Source of the DNA: Blastocladiella emersonii ATCC 22665
Taxonomy: Eukaryota > Fungi > Blastocladiomycota
Assembly (NCBI GenBank): GCA_025594325.1
Contig: JANHCV010000005.1
Location: 992,001-1,056,000 of the forward strand
DNA length: 64,000 nucleotides
Reading direction: 5' to 3'
Under the pieces are notes generated by a model. That model made no database searches and was not told the DNA's origin. It was given only the letters and a program-made list of their open reading frames with translations. Shown one piece after another: positions 1-10,766 of the stretch (position 1 is the stretch's first letter; every line of letters begins with the position of its first letter). The position numbers and the translations under genes were made by a program.

Positions 1-1
1 C

Positions 2-424
2 ATGGCCGGCATGGCCCTCTTCGCGGCGCTCTTCACCGTGTCCGTGATCGTCGACGCGCCCGTCATGTCCATGATCATGTTCGTCGCGGCCGTCTCGATC
101 TTCGCGCTCGGCCTGTCGAACGTGCCCTTCATCCTCGTCGCCGAGGTGGTCCCGGGGAACGCGATCGGCGCGGCCGCCAGCGTCGCCCAGGTCGTCAACA
201 CGCTGTCGTCGTTCGTCATCCTGTTCGTGTTCCCGCTCCTCCTCGAGCCCCTCGGCGGGTACACGTTCCTCTTCTTCACGGGATACCTCGTCCTCGCGGG
301 CATCGCCCTCGCGGCGATTCTGCCCGAGACGAAGGGACGGTCGCCCAGCGATGTCGTCGCCGAGCTCCGGATGCGGTCGGGGATTCTCCCGGACGATGGC
401 GGCGAGCATCCGGCGGCCGCGTGA
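2..424 (+). CDS. MFS sugar porter, C-terminal part (truncated by the window edge)
   Basis: Hydrophobic TM segments, then the sugar-porter C-terminal motif LPETKGRS and a VAEV-PG motif; stop at 422-424. Confidence 0.85.
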   Translation: MAGMALFAALFTVSVIVDAPVMSMIMFVAAVSIFALGLSNVPFILVAEVVPGNAIGAAASVAQVVNTLSSFVILFVFPLLLEPLGGYTFLFFTGYLVLAGIALAAILPETKGRSPSDVVAELRMRSGILPDDGGEHPAAA

Positions 425-1478
425 GGCGAGTAGTAATACATTTCATCCATTCACTCAGTCACAATCTTGTTCACACGGAGAAAGGAAGGGAGCGGAAGGG
501 AAGGGACGAGAGCCGATGACCTCGCTCGCGATCGTGTCCGCGCGCCCGCGCGAAAGGGGAGGCGGCCCGCGTGGGCACGCGCACACGCGTTGCGCCACAT
601 CGCGCGCGCCGCGCCCCGATCGAGGCGCACACACTTTCGACGCGGACGGGACGCGTCAGCCGAGCATGCGACGGGGCCTCGTCGTCCCCGAGGGTTAGCC
701 CGGCCATGCTGCCTCGCCGACCGCGGCCGGGATGGATGGAGACGCCGCGGATCGCGCGCTCGTGGCCGCGAGGCGGAGCTGTTCATCGTGTCGTCATCAT
801 GGCAACGTGAGCGAGAACGAGAGCGAGTGAGGTCGGCGGCAGTCAGAGCAGCGGGAGACGGCCATGGTGGGAGCAGAGGCGGGAGCAGCGACCATGGCCC
901 CCGCTCGGCGGCCCCCACTCGGTGGCCACCGCCGCTGTGATCTGAGCTGATCCCGCCTCGTACCCCGTCCCCGCGGCTTTGTAAGAGTCTAGAGTCCTCA
1001 ACGGTTAGTCGTCAGCTGCTCGCTCCTTCTCTCGCGGGGGACGGGGGGCGATGCCCGATGGCGCCATGGACACACGATGGCGCAACCCACGCAGGGCCAC
1101 GCGCCGCGCCACACTTTGCACCGCACCCGTGGCGACCTTAGCTTAGAAATCCCCTTGCGCGCCAAGGTCCAGTATTCTGCCGTGGCGGCGGGGTGATTTG
1201 TCAGACGGGTCGCCGCGGGCGTGCGGGTACACGGGAACGGGCGCGCCGCGCCTGCCAGCGCCAGCGAGTTCATGAGACGGGGCGGGGCGGGGCAAGCCGG
1301 TCCCTCGCGCGCAATCGGATCGCTGCGCGCGCCTGGTCCTGGCCTCCACGGGGCGAGAGCCGACGGCAGCGGAGAGGAGAGGGAGACGCGCGGCGCTCGC
1401 CACCAACGACGGCGGCCATCGGGCCCCGCCGTGCTTTCAGGCGTTCGGTCGCGCACGGCGGACGTCGAACCTCGAGAC

Positions 1479-1485
1479 TATATAA
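1479..1485 (+). promoter_or_regulatory. Putative TATA box of the RIB1 gene
   Basis: TATATAA in otherwise very GC-rich DNA, about 230 nt upstream of ATG 1713. Confidence 0.5.
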
Positions 1486-1712
1486 CGGGCGCGGGCCCCC
1501 GCTCCCTGGCGCTGCTCGGGCTTCAAGAATACCCCCATCCCCCTTGCCTTGCTCCCTCGCTTAGCAACCAGCACGCTCCCTGACGTGATCCGTGATCTCC
1601 GACATCACTCGCTCTGCATTCATCCACCCTCGGCCGCTGTTTCCGCACCCCTGCCCCTCTCCTCTCCCTTGACTTGGCGCAACGCATCAACAACACACTC
1701 TACTCTATTGAC

Positions 1713-2972
1713 ATGGCCGGCATGACATCGACCACTTCCACCACCAAGTCCACCACCGCCGCCAACGGCACCTCCTCGGCTCCCGCCGCCGCGCTCTTGG
1801 CCGTCCCCGCCGGATCGGCCGAGTGCCTGGTGCGCACGCGCGTCCCGACGCGGTTCGGCGCCGACGTGTACGTGCACCTGTACCGCAACACGCTCGACGA
1901 CAAGGAGCACCTGGCGCTCGTCTTCGGCCCGCGGTTCCGGTCCAAGACGCTCGACGCGGCGCGCCCCGGCGAGTCCGACGCCGACCGCCTCACCCGCGGC
2001 GCCGCCGTCGCCAAGCCGACGACGTCGGGCCCCGGCGTGCACCCGCGCCACGCCTCGCGCACGGGCGACGTCGCGACGGCCGCCCCGGCGACGCTCGGCG
2101 CCAGCGTGCTCCCGCTGGTCCGCCTGCACTCCGAGTGCTACACGGGCGAGACGATTTCGAGCGTGCGGTGCGACTGCGGCGACCAGCTCGACGAGGCGAT
2201 GCGGCTCATGGCGCTCGCGGGCGACGGCGTGATCGTGTACCTGCGCCAGGAGGGCCGCGGCATCGGCCTGCACGAGAAGCTGCGCGCCTACAACCTGCAG
2301 GACCAGGGGTTCGACACGGTCGCCGCCAACCTGCTCCTCAACCACCCGGCCGACCTCCGCACCTACGACGTCGCCTCGCTCATCCTCCGCGACCTCGGCG
2401 TCAAGCAGGTCCGCCTCCTCACCAACAACCCCGACAAGCTCGAGCAGATCACCAAGGTCGGCATCGAGGTCGCCGACCGCGTCGGCATGGTCCCCGCCCA
2501 CTGGAAGGACCGCGCCCACCGCCCGCACGGGCTCGCGCATGTCCTCTCGGGCAAGTCGCACGCTCACTTTGCGCCCAGCGCTAAGAAGGCTGCCCGCCGC
2601 GCCGCCCGCAAGGCGGCTGCCGAGACCCCCGCCGTCCCCGCCCCGATCCTCACGTCGACCAAGTCCTCGGGATCCGTCACCTCCGACGCCCACTCCGAGT
2701 CCGACTCGGGCCTGCCACCCACCCCGCCCGAGACCGCCGCCGACGTGCTCGCCCTCCGCGGCGCCCGCGACGACGTCGAGGATACCGGCAGCAGCAGCGA
2801 CGAGGACGAGTACGACGAGGACCTCGCCGACGCCGAGGCCGCACCCGTGTTCCCAGAGATGGAGGCGTACCTGCGCACCAAGGTCGAGCGCATGCGCCAC
2901 ATCATCGACCTCTCCGAGTCGCCCACGCCAGGAGCGACGGCCGCGCCCGCGCGCGAGTCCGCCACGGCGTGA
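1713..2972 (+). CDS. RIB1: GTP cyclohydrolase II (riboflavin biosynthesis)
   Basis: Motifs [55 protein letters not shown] and C-terminal YLRTKVERM; intronless; first plausible ATG at 1713. Confidence 0.95.
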   Translation: MAGMTSTTSTTKSTTAANGTSSAPAAALLAVPAGSAECLVRTRVPTRFGADVYVHLYRNTLDDKEHLALVFGPRFRSKTLDAARPGESDADRLTRGAAVAKPTTSGPGVHPRHASRTGDVATAAPATLGASVLPLVRLHSECYTGETISSVRCDCGDQLDEAMRLMALAGDGVIVYLRQEGRGIGLHEKLRAYNLQDQGFDTVAANLLLNHPADLRTYDVASLILRDLGVKQVRLLTNNPDKLEQITKVGIEVADRVGMVPAHWKDRAHRPHGLAHVLSGKSHAHFAPSAKKAARRAARKAAAETPAVPAPILTSTKSSGSVTSDAHSESDSGLPPTPPETAADVLALRGARDDVEDTGSSSDEDEYDEDLADAEAAPVFPEMEAYLRTKVERMRHIIDLSESPTPGATAAPARESATA

Positions 2973-3145
2973 GGCGTGTCGGGTGTTGGTGGTGGGGGGA
3001 GGAAAACCGTTGCCGCATCTCGCCTCCCTCCCGCATCTTGTTTGTGATTATTTGTACCTCGCTCCTTGCACACACACACCTGTCTCGTCCTCTCGGCTCT
3101 ATTAACAACGCTGATACTCGACTGTATTCGTCTCTCTCAGTGTCG

Positions 3146-5614
3146 TCAGGAAGGCATCGCCGACCTCTCGCGGCGCTCGGACCGCGGCCTGGCTGGCGCC
3201 GCGCTCGCCTCCTCGGTCTCCTCGCGCTGGACCTGCGCCAGCGCATCGTCGAATGATATCGGCGCGCGCCGGTGCTGCTTCAGGTACTACACACACGCGC
3301 GCCGTCAGCTTCCTTCTCTCAACCCTAGGACGCGCGAGCGAGCGAGACGTACCGCCATCGTGTCTTCGAGCGTCGTCCACTTCATCTTCTGCCGCGGCGC
3401 CTCGGCTGTCGACACGGGCACCACGGCGAGCACCGTAGCGAGATGATCGACCAGGTTCACCTGCGCCGCCAGCATCGCGTGCCACGCATCGACCTGCTCG
3501 CGCGTCAGCTGGCCGAGGTGCGCGGGCGGCGGGGAGGAGGGGGGCGGGGCGGGGACGGCGTAGGGATGCGATGTGTGGCTGTAAGACGGAGCGGGAGCCG
3601 TCGGGTGGTGGTGGTGGCAGTACGGCGACGGCGCGGGCGGAGCGGGGGCGTGGCAGTGGCATCCGCAGCACGACGAGGTGGGTGGTGGTGGTGGAGCCGA
3701 GCACGACGACGGCCATGTCGGGGCGTGGTGGGGGTGCGGATGCGTGTGAGAATGAGGGTACTGCTGCGGCTGAGCTGGTAGCGCGCGGGCAATGACCGCG
3801 GCGATGATGGACGCGAGGTCGGACGCGTCGTTCGCGAATGCGGCGGCCGGAACGACTGGTGGCGGAGGCGATGCCGCGGGAGCAGCGGCCGGCGTCGGCA
3901 CAGGCCGGCTGGATCCCGCCGCTGGTGCGGGTGCAGACGCGGTGATGGGAGCGGGCGGCGGAGGCGAACGCGCCGCGACGGGTGCGGGTTTCGGCGCGGC
4001 GGGTTCGACGCATACAGGTGGTGCTGGTCGCGTGGCGGGCACGCTGGCCGGTGGTGGCGAAGCGGACGCTGCGGCAGCCGGTTGAGCGACGGCGGGCGTA
4101 GGCGCGGCGGGTACTGCGACAACCGCCGCGGTCACTGGAACTGGATCCGCGGCCCGCGTCGCCGCAGGCGCGACAGCGACCGACGCGACAGTCGTATTCG
4201 CGCCCGTCGTATTCGCTGCATCGTCGTACTCGTCAAAGTCGTCGTCATCGTACAACGCCGGGGACGGCGACCGCGGCGCCGCGCTCCTTCTCCCGCTGGT
4301 CGCCGACCGCCGCGAGCTCGCGATCGACGCTGCAGACGCGGACAGCGACGCCACCGATGCGGACCGTGAAGTACTGCTGCGCACGGACTCGGAGACGACG
4401 GCCGACTCGCTTGCGCTCCGTTCGGTCGAGATGGCTTCGGAGCTGATGAGCGAGTCGGACGCCAACTCGCTCGCGATCTCGCTGCTGATGGGTGAGGAGG
4501 AGGACGTGGCGTCGGCTTCGGACGCGACGCTGAGCGGGATCGAGGACGCGGAGATGGACGAGACGATGCGGCTCGAGATGGTGGCCGAGTGCGGGGTCGG
4601 GGTCGCGGGCGGTTTGAGGGTTGCTGCGACTGGCGGCGCAGGAGGGAGGATGGGCGCGGGGGCGGGCGCGCTCGCGGGCGGAGGAGCGGCAGCAGGTACG
4701 GGGACCGGTGCAGGCGGGCCAGGCGCCGGCGCAGCCACGGTCGAGACCACAGCGGGCGACGGCGACGGTGAAGCGACCACTCGTGCAGGACCACCCCCGC
4801 CGCCGCTGGCCGCCCTGCGCGCGAGCCACCGCTGCTTGGCGAGGGGCAAGTCGCTCGCCGTCTCGGGCGCGACATGGTCCGAACTGCTCGTGTCCGAAAC
4901 GACGATCTCGCTGCTGTCGACCGAGATCTCGGACATGGACAGCGAAAAGTCGGCACCGGCGGTACTCCCGTTCCCGCGCCCGCTGCCGCGGCGGCGGCTC
5001 GACGTGGACACGGTGATCATGGATGGCTCGTCGCGAGCTGGCGCCGCCGCTGCAGCCGCCGCGGAGGCAGCGGGAGGGCGTGGCCGCGCCTCGAGCGTGT
5101 GCAGGAACTGCGACAGGTCGTCGAGCTCGGGCGACGCGGCCTTGGGCGGCGGCGCCTTTGACCGCGCGCTTGGCCTCGGGTTCCGGATGACGATCGAGAC
5201 ATCGGACGGGATCTCCGACTCGGCGAGCGAGATCGAGATCGAGTCCGTGTTGAGGTCATCGGTCGCGATTGAAATGGAGCCCGTGGGCGCGGCCGACCTC
5301 AGTGCGCCGAACGAGCGCGGGGTCGCGGGCGACCGCGACGTGGCGGCGCCGGCGAGGTCGTGCGCGGACCGTGTCGGGGTCGCGGCGGACTGCGTCTTGC
5401 GCGGCGACGCGCTGCCCGCGCGCAGGTACCGCTCGGCGCGCTCGAGGGCCGACGGGCCGCCGGTGGTCCCGACGCGCGTAGAGGCCGCGGGGGCAGAGGA
5501 GGGCACGCCGTAGCGCAGCGGCGAGGTGGTCGGGGCGGAGGCGGCGGCGGCGGGCCGCTGGCGCACGGGCGACGCGGTGGCGGTCGAGGCGCCCGACTTG
5601 AGGTACTTGGACAT
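3146..5614 (-). CDS. Ser/Pro/Ala-rich protein with C-terminal DUF4614 (C19orf44-like) domain; intron 3287-3352
   Basis: Removing the 66-nt GTACGT..GCTGAC..TAG intron gives ...KWTTLEDTMA|YLKQHRRAPISFDDALAQVQREE..., which resembles the DUF4614 end as I recall it (HTLEETKEYI-RHRP-PLT-EDAL); stop at 3146-3148. Confidence 0.65.
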
Positions 5615-5854
5615 GGTCTAGTCTAGTTCATTGGCTTGGCTTCATGGATGGAGCGCGATGCCGCAAGTCGCGTCGCCATGGTCATGGTGGCGGGGCAGCG
5701 ACGCGCCCGTCTGCTTGAGGTGCAAGGAGCAAGAGCGCGAGACGTCTCCCGTCGCGTCTCGCACCGGGCAGCACGCTCGTCACGCGCCTGATGGGCCAAT
5801 CGCGCCGATCCTCTTCTCCCCTCAAGCTGAACGACGTAGCGCATGAACAAGACC

Positions 5855-6799
5855 ATGTCCGACTCGGAAGACTATGCAAACGACCCGCCGCAGCGCGGCG
5901 CCCTGCCCGTCGCCCTGGTACGCCCCCCGCACCCACACCCGCGGGCGGCAACTGACCCCGGCGCGACCCAGTAGTACCCAGTAGGCGACCCGTCGCTCCC
6001 GCCCGTGTCGGGCGAAGAGTACCTGCGCCGCGTGCGCGAGGAGTCGCGCGCGCTCGGCCCCGTGCGCGTCGTCGCGCCAAGGCCCGACCTGTTCCCCGCC
6101 GCCACCGACGACTCGGTCGACGACGCACCACCATCCGGCTTCCCGCAGCCAGACGACCCCGCGCCCACCCTCGACCGCGCGTGGGCGGACCGCACCCTCG
6201 CCGAGTTCACGCGCCTGCACGCGCGGCTGCTGGCGACGCGCGAGGCGCGGGTCCCGCGCGGCCCGGGCGGGATTGCGTACACGAACTCGACCCCGACCTT
6301 GCCACCCGTCCCGTCGGACCTCGCCGCGCTCGCCGCCGAACTACCCGCGGCGCCACGCGCGCGGCCGCAGGACTGGCACGCGTTCCTGTACGGCGGCGCG
6401 GGGCAGCACGGCGGGTTCGGGTCGCCGCCGCTCGACGCGGGCGCGCGTGCGGTCTGGCGGCCGTCGATGCTGCTGCGGCTCTCGCACCGGTCGCTCGTGG
6501 CCGTCCTCGTCGCGCACCGGTACTGGATCACGCCCGCGATGCACCCCGCGGCGCTCGTGGTCCGCGCCAAGACGATTTACTGCCTCCTCGCCGCGCTCGA
6601 GCCGCTGCTCACGACGGATGATGTGAGTGGGATCCGCGAGATGGCGAAGCGGTGTGCGGCTGTGATGCGCGCACTCGAGGGGCGGCAGGGTGAGGGGGAG
6701 GAGGACGCGGTGAGGCAGGACGCGGTCGCCGGGCTCGGGATCGTGCTCCTCATCGCGAGCCAGCACCTCGGGCAAAAGGATTTGTGCGAGCTCGTCTAA
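5855..6799 (+). CDS. GEMIN2: Gemin2/SIP1 (SMN-interacting protein; Brr1-like); intron 5918-5974
   Basis: Exon 1 MSDSEDY..GALPVAL, donor GTACGC, branch ACTGAC; exon 2 has P-SGEEYLRRVREE, later IYCLLAALEPLLT-DD-S-IRE-A-RC and HLGQKDL. An alternative in-frame ATG lies at 5843. Confidence 0.85.
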
Positions 6800-6818
6800 T
6801 ACACAATTTTCCGAATGC

Positions 6819-6822
6819 AAAA
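6819..6822 (-). terminator. Putative RNA polymerase III terminator (TTTT)
   Basis: First T4 run on the minus strand downstream of both tRNA-like units; there is none in the 59-nt spacer between them. Confidence 0.55.
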
Positions 6823-6827
6823 GAGAC

Positions 6828-6940
6828 TGTGGAGGGAGGGATTTGAACCCCCGTCCGGAACTTTGAGCAATATGTAACGCGGGTCCCATCCGTTACATAT
6901 TGTTCAAAGTTCCGTGCGTGCCCAACTCCGCCACCTCCAC
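6828..6940 (-). ncRNA. tRNA-like RNA 1 (113 nt): tRNA acceptor/D/T scaffold with a 24-bp hairpin replacing the anticodon and variable arms
   Basis: GTGGAGG/CCTCCAC acceptor stem, A-box-like TGGCGGAGTTGG, D stem GCG/CGC, 24-bp stem with one mismatch and 11-nt loop, GAC linker, T arm GGGGG-TTCAAAT-CCCTC (B box), TTTT 6 nt downstream. Confidence 0.8.
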
Positions 6941-6999
6941 CTGTTCGCGCCCGCACGCCACGACCGACCCAAGTACTCACCGCCCAGCAACGTGTGTGA

Positions 7000-7125
7000 C
7001 GTGGAGGGAGGGACTCGAACCCCCGTCGCCGCTCCCGAAGGGGTGCCTCGCGGAGAAGGGACCCGTGGTTCTCCGCGAGGCACCGCCCGCGGGAGCGGCC
7101 GCGTGACCAACTCCGCCACCTCCAC
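7000..7125 (-). ncRNA. tRNA-like RNA 2 (126 nt): same scaffold with an unrelated 10+16-bp hairpin
   Basis: Same acceptor stem, D arm, GAC linker and T stem as RNA 1; T loop TTCGAGT; hairpin GCCGCTCCCG/CGGGAGCGGC plus GGTGCCTCGCGGAGAA/TTCTCCGCGAGGCACC with an 11-nt loop. Confidence 0.8.
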
Positions 7126-7380
7126 GTATTGATTGGATTGCATGGACTGGTTGCACTAGGTCTGCTGCGGTCATGGTCGCCGGCGAGAGGGAGAGCGAGA
7201 GAAGTTGGGCGGCCGCTGGACGAGCAAGAGCGCGCGCGCGCCACAAACCGAGCATGTCCACGCGCCACGTGAGGCGGGCTGATCAGGTCGCGCTCCTCCT
7301 GTCTGCTCTCTCCACCTCGTCTCGCGGCCGCTGCAGCTCTGTCTCGCACGCACACGCTAGACGCAACGGAACACACTCAA

Positions 7381-8365
7381 ATGACATCAAGCATTGACCG
7401 CAAACGCATCAACGGGCCCGAGCGCTCCGTGGTCCCGCTGCCGCTCGTGGCCGACGACGCGACGCTGTCGCGCGCCGTGCGCGTGCTCAACGTCCACGGC
7501 AAGCGCGCCGACGGCCGCGATCCCGAGGCCATGCGGCCCATCTGTATGTCGGGGATATCATCATCGCCAGTGCGACGACCATCGCGCTCACCCCCCGAAC
7601 CCCGATCCCCGTCGTCGTCTAGTCATGCAGACGGGCACGATCAGCAAGGCCGACGGGTCGGCGTACATTGAGCAGGCCAACACCAAGGTGGTGTGCGCCG
7701 TGTACGGCCCGCGGCCCGACCGCAAGATGACGGACCCGGACCAGGGCCGGCTCGCCGTCGAGTTCCGCCTCGCCACCTTCGCGCAGCCCAAGCGGCGCGG
7801 GTTCGTCAAGGACGTGGTCGAGAAGGAGTACTCGCGCGTCGTCGCCGAGGCCCTCAGCCCCGCCGTCCGCCTCGACTCGTTCCCCAAGGCCTCGGTCGAC
7901 GTGCACGTCACGGTCCTGCAGGACGACGGCACCCTCGCCGCTGTCGCTGCCGCCATCACCGCCGCGAGCCTCGCCCTCGCGGACGCCGGGATCGAGCTGT
8001 TTGACCTCGTCTCCGGCGCCGCTGCCGCGTTCGCCGACGACAACACGATCCTCATGGACCCCGCGGCCGACGAGGAGAAGCTCGCCCGCGGATCGCTCCT
8101 CCTCGCCTTCATGTCCAACGTCTCCCAGGTCTCGCAGCTCATCCAGTCCGGCAACGTCCAGGGCGAGACGGCCGAGGAGGCCATGGACTACTGCATCGAC
8201 ACGGCCGCCGAGATCCACACCCTCATGCAGGAGTGCCTCTCGCACGCGGCTGCTGCGGCTGCAGGGGCTGCGAGCGACGACGAAGAGGACGAGGACGCGA
8301 TGCAGGTCGTCAAGAGTGAGGCGGAGGACGCGATGGAGGTCGTCAAGAGCGAGCCATCCGCGTAG
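7381..8365 (+). CDS. MTR3: Exosome RNase PH-like subunit Mtr3/EXOSC6; intron 7544-7622
   Basis: N-terminal DRKRINGP, DGR-P-AMRPI|FMQTG-IS-ADGSAYIE, KVVCAVYGPR, FPKASVDV-VTVLQDDG, A-SLALADAGIELFDLV; GTATGT..CTAG intron restores the frame. Confidence 0.85.
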
Positions 8366-9647
8366 TCGCGCTGGCCGGCGGTATAATACATGAATCCTTG
8401 AACCTAGCCTCCCTCACGTCGTCTCCCTGACTCGACCGGGGTCGCGTCGCCGACGACACGGCGCACGCGCTCGTTCGCCTTCGAGCCCGCGATGGCGAGC
8501 CGTGCGAGGCTGCTCGCCACGTCGCCGACCGCGGAACACGCGGTGGCCGCCATCAGCGAGTCGTACCCGTCACTACGCCGGCGACGCGACGTACGCCATG
8601 ACCGCCTTCGCCGAACCGTCCGCTTCGCTACGTCGACGACGCACCGCACGCCGCGGCCGTCGGCAGCAAGCTCTCCGCCTCACCTCGACGTCGCCGCCCC
8701 GGCACACACGGCGCCCGCGCTCGCGTCGCTCACCGACCCGCTCCCGGCACCCGTTCCCACGTCGACCGCGACGCATCGCCCGCGTTCGCCCGTTCCCACC
8801 CGGGCGCGTCCGCGTTGCCGTGCTCCCACGCCGCCGAACGTGGCCCGGGTCCACCGCTTCCCACCGTGCGCGGCGCGCACGCCGTGTTGGGGACCCGGCC
8901 AACGCGCGCGTCGGCCGCGTTGAGCCGACGCCGACGCCGACGCCGACGGGACCCAAGCGTCCGCGTTCTCACGACGTCGGCGGCACAGGCCTCGCGCTCA
9001 GCGAGGGAAGCGAGCGATGGAGGTCGCGCGAGCGCGAGGGGGTGAGGGCGCGAAGGTGGCAGCGTGGGACCGAACTTGGAGCCAAGGCCCGCGTTGGCGC
9101 GTTGGCGCATCGGTGGCCGCACGCGCGTTGGACCGGCGGCAGCGGCCCCACACAGGCCGACCTCATTTCACGTTGTGGCCGGCCGCAGCGAGGCAAGCAA
9201 TTTCGGGGGGTGTCCAGGGCGAGGTGCACGCGCGGTCGCGCGGTGAGACAGGCGGGGCAAGCCGAAGCGAAACGCGCGTTGGGCGGCCGACGCGTCGCGC
9301 CGCACTGGCTCCACTCTGCGCGCCCACCCGCTCCGCCGCCGACCCCACCTCCCCTCGCTGCCGCATCCGCGTTGCGCTGACGTGGCTCGCATCGAGCTCC
9401 CCGCACTTGCCGCAATGGACTCCGCACGCCAGATCAGCCGCCCGTGGCCCCGCGCCCGCGTCGCCGACGGGGGAGCGCGCCTGCCGCACACGGCGCTCGC
9501 GCCGCCACTGCTGGGCCCCGCGCCGCCGCGCCGCCGACTATAAGTACCGGCCGGTCCCCCGCCCTCCTCCTCGGTTGGTCCGGCAGGATCCCTAGTCTCC
9601 ACCGAGCTCTCCGACCCTCTCTCTCCAACCACATACCCACCACCACC

Positions 9648-10766
9648 ATGTTCGGCTTCACCTCGGCCCGCCCCAACCCCACCCACAACACGACGCTGTT
9701 CATCTCCGAGGGCGACTCGTGGATCGGCTTCTACGCCGGGTGGTCGGCGCTCAAGCAGGCGCACAAGTTCAACAAGGTGATCATGGGCGTGCGCAACGAG
9801 GACAACGAGTACGTGCGCGAGCTGCACAAGCTCGGCGCCGAGATCCAGCGCTACGACCCGATCAACGACGCCAACCGCCTCAAGGACCTGCTCAAGGGCA
9901 CCGACTCGCTGCTCCTCATCCCCGTCCACGACGAGCACAAGATGGTCGAGGCCTCGGAGAACATCCTGCGCGCCGCCGAGCACAACAACGTCGGCCGCGT
10001 CATGCTGTGGTCGCACGTCGGCGTCGAGCACCACGGCGGCAACGTCGCGGCCGTCGCGGGCACCAAGCCCGTCCGCCCGACCCACGAGTGGATGAAGGTC
10101 CTCGAGTGCTTCGCCAAGCTCGAGAAGTCGGTCCGCGACTCCAAGATCAAGAACGACGTGATCTTCCGCCTCGGGTTCATCAGCCAGGCGTACGTGTTCT
10201 TCTCTTCGCTGCTCGCTCGCCCCTTTCGAACCCCCCACTGACTCGCCACCGCTCCCCTCCCACCCACCAGCTTCTTCGCCCTCTCGAACGTGATGCAGAA
10301 CCGCGGCCTGTTCCCGCTCACGTCCAAGGACGGCAAGATGGCGCCCGTCAACGCCAAGGACGTCGGCCAGGCCGGCGCCGTGCTGCTCGCCGACCCCAAC
10401 CTCTTCGACAAGCACAACAAGCAGACGCTGATCCTCACGGGCCCCAAGGCCTACACGGGCCCCGAGCTCACCAACATCGTCAACAAGACGCTCAACGCGC
10501 GCATCGAGTTCGAGGAGGTGCCGCTCGACTCGATGCACGAGATCCTCGAGAAGGGCGCCGACGCCGACAAGACCGAGATCGCCATCACCATGGCCGGGTT
10601 CCAGCTCCTCCACGAGAAGAAGCTCGACATCGTCTCCAACGACCTCCACAAGGTGCTCGGCCGCAACCCCGCCGACATCGACACCTTCTTCCGCGAGAAC
10701 GCCGACTCGTTCCGCCCCCGCTCGGTCGCCGGCTACGCCGTCCGCGACGCCGCCGCCCGCCAGTAA
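9648..10766 (+). CDS. NmrA-like NAD(P)-binding atypical SDR protein; intron 10190-10270
   Basis: Rossmann-like N-terminus; NmrA-type motifs APVNAKDVGQA-AVLL-DP, LILTGPKAYTG-EL and DLHKVLGR-P; the splice gives SQA|FFALSN; TATAA at 9539. Confidence 0.8.

Noticed and set aside
1620-2900. 426-aa minus-strand ORF
   Set aside because: Antisense shadow of RIB1 caused by C/G third-position bias.
6828-6940. RNA 1 as ordinary intron-containing tRNA-Gln(TTG)
   Set aside because: A C-T-TTG-A loop can be drawn, but splicing leaves a C32-G38 pair and a 3-nt variable loop, the scaffold is Leu/Ser-like, and the twin has no anticodon loop. Not fully excluded without tRNAscan-SE.
6828-7125. True tmRNA or tRNA-Sec
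   Set aside because: No tag ORF, pseudoknots or G3:U70 pair; no TCA anticodon or extended acceptor stem.
8290-8362. Duplicated EDAM(Q/E)VVKSE at the MTR3 C-terminus
   Set aside because: Short slippage duplication in a disordered tail; no evidence of function.
8404-9600. Several Arg-rich ORFs between MTR3 and the NmrA-like gene
   Set aside because: No consistent codon bias, start context or motif.
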